A stretch of DNA of 64,000 nucleotides from Azolla caroliniana (taxonomy: Eukaryota > Plantae > Polypodiophyta). The stretch lies in assembly GCA_043228905.1 (NCBI GenBank), contig JBHGNT010000020.1:372001-436000 (forward strand), read 5' to 3'. Every line of letters starts with the position of its first letter. The stretch's first letter is position 1. The translations under genes and the position numbers were made by a program. This document shows positions 38,544-49,790 of the stretch, piece by piece. The notes beneath the pieces were generated by a model that was given only the letters and a program-made list of their open reading frames with translations, ran no database searches and was not told the DNA's origin.

Positions 38544-41358
38544 ATGGACTGCCAAACGCTGTCTGAAGCCGCCAAGAAATGGCTACGGCAACACAGACTA
38601 GAGGGTTTCTTAACGATCATGGAGGCGGCGCCACACAAGGAGGCCGAAAAGATTATCAAAGAAATCGACACAGAGGTGATCACGGAGGAGGCAATCCGTG
38701 CGTTAATAGGCCTTCCGGAGGGAGGCATCTACACGATCGACAATCTTACCTCCGAGCAACTCATCAAATATTTCGGTGAGTACTCTCTTGCCAACAAGGG
38801 CTACAGGACACAGGGCGGCGAAGATATGTTATTTCGCGAAATTGCTCGTGTGCTCCATGAGTTCGGCCATGTATACCCTCGACCCCCCGTCATGCCTCAG
38901 AACCGAGCAGGCTTGATTATCGCGACATACGAAGGGGTCAAGGTGGATTGGCTGGTGCTGATTGCCGACGAGTTGTGCACGGCGATTGATATCGTAAGAG
39001 GAAAGGACGGCAAGGAAGGCCGGAAAATATGGCATGCAGTGACGCAATGGCTCACCCTATTGGCGCCACCGGTCGAGCCCGTCCAGACCAAGAAGCGGGA
39101 GAGAGCAACGGACGGCACCCCGAAACCTGCTTTGAAATGGCAACAGTTGTTGGCCTCCAAGGCCACTAAGGGGAAGACGACCGACGCGGAGATGGCGGCA
39201 AAGGAGCGCGGCAGCCGGAAGCGGCCGACAGACACACACGAGGAGACACCGGCACGGGCCCTGAAGAGCCCACTCCACCGACCGGTGCAGCAAGAAATGG
39301 ACACCCTGGCGGCAAGAATGAATGTCGGGACTCAGGCGGAGGAAATGGAGGAAGAACCCACGGAGCACCTCCAACGGCGGTCGGTGAAGAGCACCGTTGA
39401 ATCAGCCGGGAAGCGTTCGGACCTACAGAAGGATGGAACGCCTGCAACTCACACTGAGCATCCCACACCAAGGGAGGCACCGGAACCGGTTCGGATGGAA
39501 CCGGTCACAGAAGTCCCTGCACAACTGGCAGCACTAGCAAGCCCCGTAACTCAAGAGCCGGATATACAAAGGCCAACCTTCCCAGCCGTCCAAGAACAAG
39601 AAAACAAGGGGCGGCTAGCCGCAACACACTCAGAGCCGGAACGGCAAAGTGGTCAGCTGGTAGAACCAGAAGTGAAACTCGACGTAGTAAGGCGGGACCA
39701 GCCACTGGTGAGTGAACCCATCAGCCAACGTTCCGTGCAAGCGCAACAACAGTGCACCGGCAGCCAATGGCTCCGGTGGATAGGAGAACAAATTGCCGGA
39801 GTAGTCGGATGCATAGAGGCGGAAGAAAGAGCGCAAACGGAACGGTTGCTTGTCACAACCGATGAACTGGAGACGACTCGGTCAAGGATCCGGTGCCTCG
39901 AACAAGACTTGGATCGGATCATAGGAGACATGGCCAAAATGGCCTTAACCGCAACGCAGATCCAGGCATTGGTGACTCCGGTTGATGTACAGACGAACAG
40001 GACCCCGAAGACACAAACTGTCCTGGAGAAAGATGCAGCCCAAGCCCAAGAGCTTGCGGAATTACGAGATGAACTAGCCGCACAAGAAGCATTACGGAGC
40101 CGCGAACGCGACTTGAAGAAGGCGGCCGAAGAAGAATTAAAGAAGACTGCTGAGAACCTCCGCCGAGCAGAGGAAAACCTGCGTAAAGGACATCATGCTT
40201 ACGACCGGCTGAAGAAGGAAAAGGAGAAATTGCTGCAGGAGAAAGACAAGCTGCGACGGATGGTGGAGACGGAAATTGAGAGGCTGAAGGAGGAACTCCG
40301 TCAGCAAAAGGACCGGGAGGACCGCGCGCCGGCAAATCAACTAGAGGCTGAAGCAGAAGACCGATGATTTTGATCATCTGCATCGGGACTACAAGCAGCT
40401 GGAGACGGAGTATAAGCAAGAGCATGAACGGATGGCCGAGCTCCGGCAAGAAGCTGATAGGGCCACAACGGCACTCGTCGAAGAACGAGCTGAGAGTTCC
40501 AACCTATTGGAGGAAGCGGCGAATGACCGGATGGAGCTCCACAAACAGAACCATGAAGACAAGGAAAGGGTGACAATGGTGTTATAGAGGTTGCAAAAAA
40601 CCTATCAGAGTCAATTGTCGCATTATAGGGAGCAGGAGGCGGACACGGTCCGAATCATCAAGCAATTGAAAGAGGAGCGACAAGCCGCAGAAAATAAATC
40701 ACGGATGGGAGCCGAACGGATCCAGTGCATCCTTCGGTCATGGCTCACTAAGACCAAAAGCTTGATTGACGACAGCTCTGTGCGTTGGTGGACAAAATGG
40801 GCGCAGAATACGGCGGAACTCCAATTGCTCAGGGCGGACGTGGAAAACCGGCGGAAGGAGGGTGATGACTGTTATACACTGACATCGGAGGACTTCACCG
40901 CCATAAGGGATGAGCTGGCTGAAGATTTCACAGCCCTGGCGGATGAACAATTGGTGCAGGTCCGGCAACTCGTAGCTCAGCTGGACGACGATTGGCTGGA
41001 GGCTCAAATCCAGTTTGAGAGCTATGAGTGGTCCCGGCTTCGGGAAGAAAAAGCGCGGAAGGCGGCAACGGTCAACCTTAGTGATGAGGAACCGTCGCTG
41101 GTACTAGGACCAGACGGGGACCAGGCCAGGGTTAGTTAGCCAGAGACAACTCCGACGGAGGAACCAACGAAGGAAACGCCGGTGCCAGAGCGACAAACGG
41201 AGCCGCAGCCCCAAACGGAGAAGGCACAAACGGAACAGCCACAACCACAAACGGAACAACAGCCACATCAGTAGCAGCCACATCAGCAACAACAGATTCC
41301 CGACGAGCCATTGGAAATTTTGGAGCAAAGCATTCTGGACATTTTGGACGAAGCGTAA
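38544..41358 (+). pseudogene. Gypsy B additional ORF downstream of pol (env-like position): globular N-terminus, low-complexity linker, long coiled coil
   Basis: 607-aa open segment continued in frameshifted pieces to ...LDILDEA* at 41358. E/K/Q/R-rich heptads; no obvious transmembrane helix. Confidence 0.7.
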
Positions 41359-44300
41359 AAGGGCCGGATAATGGGTTCGACGTACAAGGTACTGTCCCAC
41401 AGGCGTGCCATGTGTTACCGGTTGGCAAGAAGGCTTAAGGAGGTCCAAACCAGAGTGTGAAAGGAATAGTTTATTCGGGAACTGTTGTAATTAGTAGTCT
41501 TAAAATATATAGTAATATATGAGTAGATGTGGACGAACGGACTGGAATCGGTATGCCGATCTGGATCCGGACCGATCCCGAAAAGGTGCCGGTTGGCACC
41601 GTTTTGTATTTCGCACCAGGGACCTATATAAAGGCCCGGTTACAATGTAATCGAGAGCGGATAATTAATAGAACTTATTTCTTTAATCTTTCAGCATTGA
41701 TTACCGTTCTGTACTCATTGTTATATCTTACGTGTGTTAATGATGTGTTGCTAAGTAATCGATTAAGGTCTAATTAAGCGTTGTGCCGTAAGTCATCTTG
41801 CCGTAACACCCTTTGGTGAAGTGTCTTAAGTGGACACCCTGTGTTAGGCTGTTGTCCGGCCCTAGGATTAACACTCCTTCATGTCCGTCATCTCGAATTT
41901 GTCGAAGAGGAGGGACTTGACCTTGTTGATGTCTACTAGACGTTTTCCTCCAATGACCAAATCATCCACGTATAAGATGATGACAATTGAACTTCCAGAA
42001 TCGTTTCATATGTAGAGGGCGTTGTCGGATATTGACATTCTAAGGCCGATTCGATGAAGATAATGTGTTATCTTCGAGTGCCAAGCACGTGGTGCTTGCT
42101 TATGGCCATACAATAGCTTCTTCAGTCGGCAGACTGCTTTCCGATGGATGTTCGATTCAAAGCCGGGTGGTTGTACCATGTACACCTCCTCTTCTAATTC
42201 GGCTTGAAGAAATGCATTCTTTACGTCCATTTGATGGAGGTGCCACCCTTTTGTCATTGCAAGGGCAATTACGGTCCGCACAGTCATCATCTTTGCCACC
42301 GGGGCAAAGGTCGCTTCATAGTCAGCTCCATGTGTATGTGTGTATCCTTTCACTATGCATTATAGTTCACCTTGTAAATCCATCTGTAGTCGATTGCCTT
42401 CTTGTGCGGTGAGTGGGGAAAGAGATCCTATGTCTCGTTCTTGCATAATGCCCACATTTCCTCATTCAGGGCTTCGACCCATCGTGGATCCTTGGTTGGT
42501 TCCGAAAAACTTTCCGGTTCTCGAACTGTCGCCACCTTCATCATAAAGGCATAGTGGTATGCCACATAATCGTTGTAGCCGAATCGGCTAACAAGATTCT
42601 TCTCATAGGTGGAGAGTCAGAGTTGTTCATTTGCCGTCGCAATGGCTTTTTTTACGTTAGGTGCCCTCATGATAGGTACATTGAAGCCATTGAACTCGTT
42701 GTCAAGGGAGTGAGTCGATTCGTTGCCGTCGAATTGATCATCTTCATACTCCGGCATTTTCGCCTTGCCTTTGTCCACCTTTGGAGTAGGCCGAGATGTG
42801 CTTTGGTCGCTCAGGGGCTCTTGTGGCCCACTAAGCCTTGTCGTAATCGGACTTTCTTCGAACATGTGTTCGAGTCGATCTCTATCTTCTATCTCTTGTT
42901 TGGTGGATTCTGGGTCGACTAGAAATGATTGTGGAGGAGTCGGCTCGGGTTCGTACCATAATGCTGATTCGTCGAAGACTACATCTTGACTCACACGAAC
43001 CTTCTAAGTAGAGGGGTTATAGCACTTGTACCCCTTTTTCCTCCAGTGAGTATCCTGCGAGGATACATTTCTCGAACTTCGGGTCGAGCTTTTGTCGCTT
43101 CTCGTTGGGGATGTGCACGTATGCAATGGAGTCGAATATCCGAACATGTGATAGATCTAGCTTCTTTCCAAAAAACTTCTCGTGCGAGGTAACCTCATGC
43201 ACGTCGGATGTTGTACACCGTTTCATTAGGTAGATGGCTGTGTTGGTGGGTTTTGCCCAGTACGACTTGGGCATGTGCTTCTCGTTAAGCATGGCCCGTG
43301 CTACTTCGAGGATGTGTCTATTCTTTCGTCCGGCTACTCCGTTATGTTGTGGTGTATGTCGACATGAAAACTCTCGCTGAATTCCTTCTTAATGGAGAAA
43401 AGCCGAAAATTCCTCTAAGAAGTACTCTTTTCCTCCATCCGACCGAAGACATCGTACATGACGGCCGATTGTCTTTTTGACTTCGCTTTTGAATTTTTGG
43501 AAGTGTGCAAACACTTTACTCTTTTGCCGCATGGGGTAGATCCATGTGTGCCTTGAGAAGTCATCGATGAAGACCACATAGTATTGACATCCGCCGAATG
43601 AATTACATCTAGTATGCTTTTACTCACGTTCCTCTCCTTCGGAAACGGGTGCCGATGTTGCTTGCTGGATTGGCAAGTTGCATATACGCCTTCAATCTCT
43701 TCCTCTTTGAAGGTCGGGAGTCCGAAGACGGCTCCTTTCGATTGCATTGCCTTGAGCTTTTGAAGGTTGACATGGCCAATTCGCTTGTGCCACAACTCTA
43801 TGTCGGTGTCGGCCTTGGTGCCTTTTGCAAACATGACCGATTTCATCTCGTACGAGTCGAGAATGAACATTCGGCCCTCTCTTTGTCCACGAGCGATGAG
43901 TCAACCCTCTTTCTCGATGAAGCAACCGCCTTGATTAAATCGAACTTGCATCCCTTGCTCAACAATTTGGCTGACGGAGACCAAATCCTTCGTAATGGTT
44001 GGTACATGCAAGACATTCTTAATGTAAGTTTGGTTACCTTCTTTTCTGAATGGAACATTGCCGATGTGCCAAATCGGATGAATGGTGTCGTCTCCGGTTT
44101 CGACATAGCTGGGTCGATTCGGCTCTCGAAGTTCTCAGAACCATTCTTGATGTGACGTCATATGGTTCAAGGCACTAGAGTCGATGAACCATACATCTTC
44201 CGGACCAGAGGCACTAGTTGAAGTAGAAGCCGACATAGAATTTGCTCTATGGCTCGTCACGAACATTCCGCCATGATCATCATAGTCGGAGTTGGTGCCG

Positions 44301-46292
44301 TAATTAGTGAGTTGTCGGCTTGTGGAAGCCGACTCACACTTCTTCTTTCGGCACTCTTCTTCATGGTGGCCGATTTTGCCCCAATATCCGCATTCAATCG
44401 AAGGTTGTCAGCTCGGACCGGAATGGAAGCTCCCCCATCTTCCGAAGGTTCCTCGATGGCTTTCGTCTTGTTGCCCAAATTGGGAGTTTTTTTCGTAAAT
44501 CAGACCTTGTCCGCCTCGTCCTTGGACGAATCGGCCTCTTGCTCAGCCGCGTCCTCTTCCTCCGTTCTAATGTGTGTAGGGCATGTGGCCTTCCGAGGCG
44601 TTGCTCCTCGTTCGAACATGGTTTTCTTCAACCAACAACATGGGTTGAAGATCAAAGAAAGACGGAGGATTCTCTCGTGCTAGTACGACGGTCCTCATCA
44701 CGCCGAATCATGGTGCAAGGCCTTCGAGGCATATTTGCACCATCTCATCATCCTCCACATTGACGCTTATTGAGCCGAGCGAGTCACAAAGCTCCTTGAT
44801 CTTCAAGGTGTAGCTTGTGAGGGACATATCCCTTTGTTGGATGTTGTTCAACTCTTGGCGGAGTTGAAGCTTTCGTGCCATCGTGTTGGCGGTGAATATC
44901 TTCTTGAGATTCTCCCATTCTATCTTCGGCGTCTCGGCTTCTCGAATATAGCCGAGCATGTGGTCATGAACACATGTCGCCAACTAATACATCACTCAGC
45001 TTGCGGCTTGCTCCCATGTTGAGTATTCAACGTCCTTCTCTCTCGAACATGAGCTATGTAGTCACACTACCGATAGCGATGAGCCGGTTCTTCTTGAACG
45101 TTGGTGTAGAGCACAATAGACGCGGATGGGCTAGATCGAGCTACCAAACCGCTCTGATACCATGTAAAGAATCGGATATGATTCTTGTGCAACGTAAGAG
45201 ATGTGTGTTATGTGTGTGAGAGAAAAGAGAGGAGAGAAGAGAAAACACAAGATAGATTAGATAGAATGGAAATAGAATACTCAAGAAGGTGTATATTCAC
45301 AACGAGAATATGAGATACAAAAATGTAGCATTACAAGGAGTCACAACCAACTCTTTATGAAGTAGGAGGAGGGTGCTTTTATATAAGGCCACTATCTCTC
45401 TTCATTAACTTACTACAACGTTGTCGAGATATTACGCAAGTGCGTGTGGAATAGAGGCGGGACCGCGGGGGTCTCGAACCAAAGAGCAAGCGAGGGAGGA
45501 GAAAGAGAGAGAACCGGCTACGCAGGACCGGGGATACACAGGGACACGGCCCTTCAGCACGGAGAACGCGAACAGACACCGACACAGACGGATGCGAATG
45601 ACTAAATATGTGTATTAACAAAATGGCTAACACGACTACAACCCCCGATGGGGCACAGGTTGGTTGCAACCGAACAGGCCGGCGAACAGATGCCGATGCC
45701 TGTTCGCTTCGACGCACAAACGGGGAAATGGGGGGGGGGTAGCAGGTCGGAGGTGCTGCCGGAAGCACTCGGGCGTTCCTCGAAACAGCGCGAGCCTCCC
45801 CGGAACCCTGCACAGAAAGCTTTGGAGCTCAAGAAGGAAGGAAACAGAGAGAGCGAAGCGTCCAGAAACGGTCCGACAGCACTTCGTCCTCTCCGCGCCA
45901 GATCCCTGCAACAGCTCTTTCCCGCTCCTTATATAGGCCGACGAACAGGCCGTCGTGTCAGCTTTATTCCCTGTCCCTTTTGGACAGGGATCCGCTCCGT
46001 TTTTCACGGATCCGCGTAGTTACGCCGCCGACTCGTACAGTTCGCGCGCGCGACCGAAAAGACTGTTCGCGCGGTCTTTGTCTCCACTTGAGTTAGGGCC
46101 CGTTCCTGCCGATTATCCTCTCAATTCGTTTCTATGTACAACTCGGAGCGTGCGCGCGTGAAGAACCGGTTCCCACGCCTTGGTGCGCCGATTCCGCCTA
46201 TGGACGGTTTTCTTCACGACATCCGCCCCCACCTAACCGCGCATCCTCCGGTATGCGCCAAGAGAGTTGGGACGGAGAAAACCGGCCCGTCT

Positions 46293-49200
46293 TCATTCCT
46301 CGCCCGTCGGTTCTTCTTCATTTTCGGATCGTTCGTCACTGCCGACCAGGAGAGCCGGGTCTGGCTCGTCGTCGTGTCGCTTCTTGAACGCTTTGATCCG
46401 CTTCCCTGCAACCGGTATCGCCATTCTCGTGCCGTCAAGTTCCGCCAGGTGATATGTCCCGTTGTCATTGGCGCTCCGTACCACGTAAGGCCCGAACCAC
46501 CTTCGTGTGAACTTCCGTGTGGCTCGGTGCTGGTTGTCGAGGCTGCTGTCGTAGACGAGCACCCAGTCACCTTCTTCGATTTTCTTCGGTCGTAGCCGGT
46601 GCGTTCGGTCGAACCGGGCTTTGTTCTTTGTCCTCGCCACCCGGAGCTTCTCCGTAGCCAGTGCCACGTCCTCCGGCCTCCGCTCGAGCTGTCGTATACG
46701 TGCGACCAACAACTCCTCCCGGCTCATCCCGTCCCTCCAGTCGACCGTTGCCCACGAGGAGATCGTCCGTTCAATCGGCATGATCGGCTTCTGGCCGAAC
46801 ATGAGCTCCGTCGGCATGTACCCGGTTACCGAACTGTGCGTGGTCCGGTCTGCCCACAAAGCATAAGGTAGCAGCCGCGGCCAGTTACCGACTTGGCCTC
46901 CGCATGCCCGAATCAACGCCTTGACGATCGGTCCGTGTCCGCGCTCCACCTTTCCATTCGCCTCCGGATTGTACGCAGTGGTGAGCGAGAGCTTGACTCC
47001 AAGCCGGTCGAACAGCTCCGCGGCCTCTTCGGCGTCCAACTCCCCTCGGTCAGCCACGATCTTCCCGACGCACCCGTACCGGCATATCACGTCCTCGACT
47101 AGGAACCGACACACGGCCGCGGTCGTCTTGTTCTGAAGGGCTCGGCCTTCCACCTGGTTCGTCAGGTCTTCCCGCGCTAGGACCAGATACCGCATCTGTC
47201 CTACCCCCATCGGCATCGTCACCAGATCTACCATCCATTTGAAGTGGATAGTCGGAGGGTACGTAGGGTGAAGCCCGTCCCGGTGTCGGACTATCGAGTG
47301 CATCTGACAACTCTCGCAAGTTGACACGAACCGATGCACGTCCCGGTACAATCCCGGCCACCAGTACTTTCCCTTCAGCTTCTCAAACGTCGCCCACGTT
47401 CCACGGTGTCCAGCCCAAGGGCTGTCGTGGTAGGCCGCCAGTAGCTCCTCCTGTTCTTCCTTCATCGCCACCACTCGGAGCGGGACGCCGTCCCTCTTCT
47501 TCGGGTGCTTCCATAGATGCCCATCTCGGAGAAAGAATCGATATGCTTTCTTCCGGATCCGGTTGGCCTCGTCCTTCGTCCATGACGCATCGGGCGTCAT
47601 CGTCTTCAAAAACCCGCCGATCTGCAGCCATTCCCCGTCGTACTTGCTCGCGTCGAACTCGTTAAGCGCCGGAGTGCTCATCCCGTCGGTCGTTATGTAT
47701 GCCGCCTCGAAGAAATCCACGCCGACTTCTTCGTCTTCCGAAACCATGCCGCCCTCGTCGTCGAACCTCGCCCTCGAAAGCATGTCGGCCATGGCGTTGT
47801 CTTTCCCGGAAATGTGTCGTATTTCCGGGTCCAGGGACTTGATGTACGCTATCCACCTGAGCATCGCCAGGTCCGGAGTCGCGCATCCGGAAACCATACC
47901 GAGAATCGGCAGGCAATCCGTCTCGATGATCACTTCCGTCCCTATCAGGTAGTCTTTGTCGGCCTTAACCGCCGAAACAATACCCCAGAGTTCGCGTTTA
48001 ACCTGGGCGTACCCTCGCTGCCGTTCACTGAGGACTTTCGCGCCGAATCGGATCGGAAACCGATTGCCGTCCTCGTCTTCCTGGTTCACGACCCATCCGA
48101 TCCCGGTCGGACTGGTATCCACCGTTATGAATACCGGGGTACCCTTCCCGTAAACCGCCTTCCGGAGTGCCGGTGCCGCTGCAAGGGCCTCTTTCAGCTT
48201 CCGGACCGATTCCGCGTGCTTGTCTAGCCATTCGAACCTTCGCCCCTTTTTCAGCAACCCGTACAGTGGCTCCGCGACGTGTGCGTAATGCGGGATCCAT
48301 ATGTGGTAGAACGCGCATGCCCCCAGGAATCTCCGTACTTCCGTGACCGAGCTGCAGTCGGGCTTCATCGCGGAGATGGCTTCTACCTTCGCCGGAGACG
48401 GTTTCCGGCCATATGGTCCTCACAGGTGTCCGACCACCATGATTTCTGACTGCCCGAAGGCCGACTTCTCCCCGGAGAAGGTGAGTCTCGCATCCTCTAG
48501 CCTTTGCAGCACCTTCTCGCAGTCGTCGACGTGCGTCGCCACAAATCGCCGGCATCCGTCCGGCCCGATCGTCTCGTCCTTTTCTTCCACCGGGCATCCC
48601 TTGATCGGGATGTCGTCCAGAAACGGCATGGTAATGTCCGGGACACAGTCCCTCAGAACCTTGTTCATCGCATTCACCATGTGGGCCACCGAGTTGGTCC
48701 CTCCTTGCGGCAGTGTACACATCCGAACTAGGCCGAGGGGAGTTCGCATCGTCGTAAGGTCTCTGCTCTCCACGGCCAGCTGGAACTGGTCGTACCCTGA
48801 GTATAGATCCCCGACCGAGTAAATTGACCTTCCGGCGAAGGCCTCCGCGAACTCGTCTATGGTCGGTCCGATTCCTGCGTTCCGAATGGTCACTCGATTG
48901 ACCGGCTGCAGGTCCTGGATGAAGCGCAACGAACCGTTTTTCTTCGGTACGGTAAACCATCGATTCGAATATGGGGCGCTCGACGGCTCGAGAATTCCCA
49001 TATCAACTTTCTGCCTCAGTAGCTCCATCAACTTCGGGATGTGAGCTCTCGGAACCGGGATTGGCTTGAGATTCCATGGTACATGCGGTACCGTGAATAT
49101 CACCATCGGCTCCACGATCGTCGGGTCAACGCACCCGATTTCCTCCGGCGAGAATGCGAAGGCTTTCCCGTGCCTTCCGAGCATTCTCCGAAACCGGTCT

Positions 49201-49790
49201 TCCTCCGCCGGCAGTAGGAACCCGCCCCCACCGATTTTGAGCTCTCGGAGCGTCTCGTCAGTGAAGGTGTGCCCTATGCAGGCCGGATCTCGTAGACTAG
49301 GGTCTGATGCAACCCCTTTGATTCTCGACGCGCTGTCCTCCGGTAAGGGTGCCGCTACTGGCCTTACCTTCCGGTCCACAGTCTTGTACTTGGTGTTTAC
49401 GTGGGCCGTCCGAACTGACTCGAGCCCTCGACCGAAGTCCGCGATGACTTCGTACATCTCCTCGGAACACACCGGTATCGTCCGGTCGTCGTTAAGGCCT
49501 TCTTCGACTACCTTTCCCAGCATTCCCAAGGTGTCGTCGAATGAGACCGCCTCCACGGCTCCGTTGATTTCCTCGTCCGGGCCGAGAACTCCGCACGCTC
49601 GAAGTCTCGCCTCCGTCTTTGTTTTCTCTCGGCCGGCGATGCCGACCATCGCACACGCTCCGTTGTCGGAGAACAAAAATTCCCTACCTATGGTACAAGG
49701 TTTCTTCGGTTTTATCGTACAGGTGTGGGGTTTTCCCGGGGTGTCCGGACTGTCGCGGCCCCACGCCTTGGCAGCCCTCTCTAAAAATCC
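46293..49790 (-). CDS. pol: Gypsy D2 Pol (RT-RNase H-integrase), -1 frame relative to gag, with an in-frame TGA at 48420-48422
   Basis: RT motifs DLYSGYDQ, LPQG and FLDD; RNase H VDTS; INT HDSPWAGH..CESC, VDL, ADRG, ERGH and WFGPY. ORFs 48420-49676 and 46293-48368 are in the same frame. Confidence 0.88.

Larger units (their letters stand above)
23130..41873 (+). mobile_element. Gypsy B: Athila-like non-chromovirus, internally deleted, with an additional 3' ORF
   Basis: RT end LLGHIVSKEG, RNase H FVDASD...YYASRKL, INT PFQKWGLDF...YYPQANG...WTGPY (23150-25395). Termini TGTTAATCCTAGGGCC (23130) and GGCCCTAGGATTAACA (41858-41873); 3' LTR ~41360-41873 with TATA at 41624. Split by Copia C. Lineage is inference. 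Confidence 0.85.

Noticed and set aside
23130-41873. Ginger/Polinton-type DNA transposon (TIRs plus Gypsy integrase)
   Set aside because: RT and RNase H remnants and a TATA-containing LTR are present; the TIR is better explained as LTR termini.
48420-48422. Selenocysteine decoding of the RT TGA
   Set aside because: Land plants lack the Sec machinery, and no SECIS was recognised.
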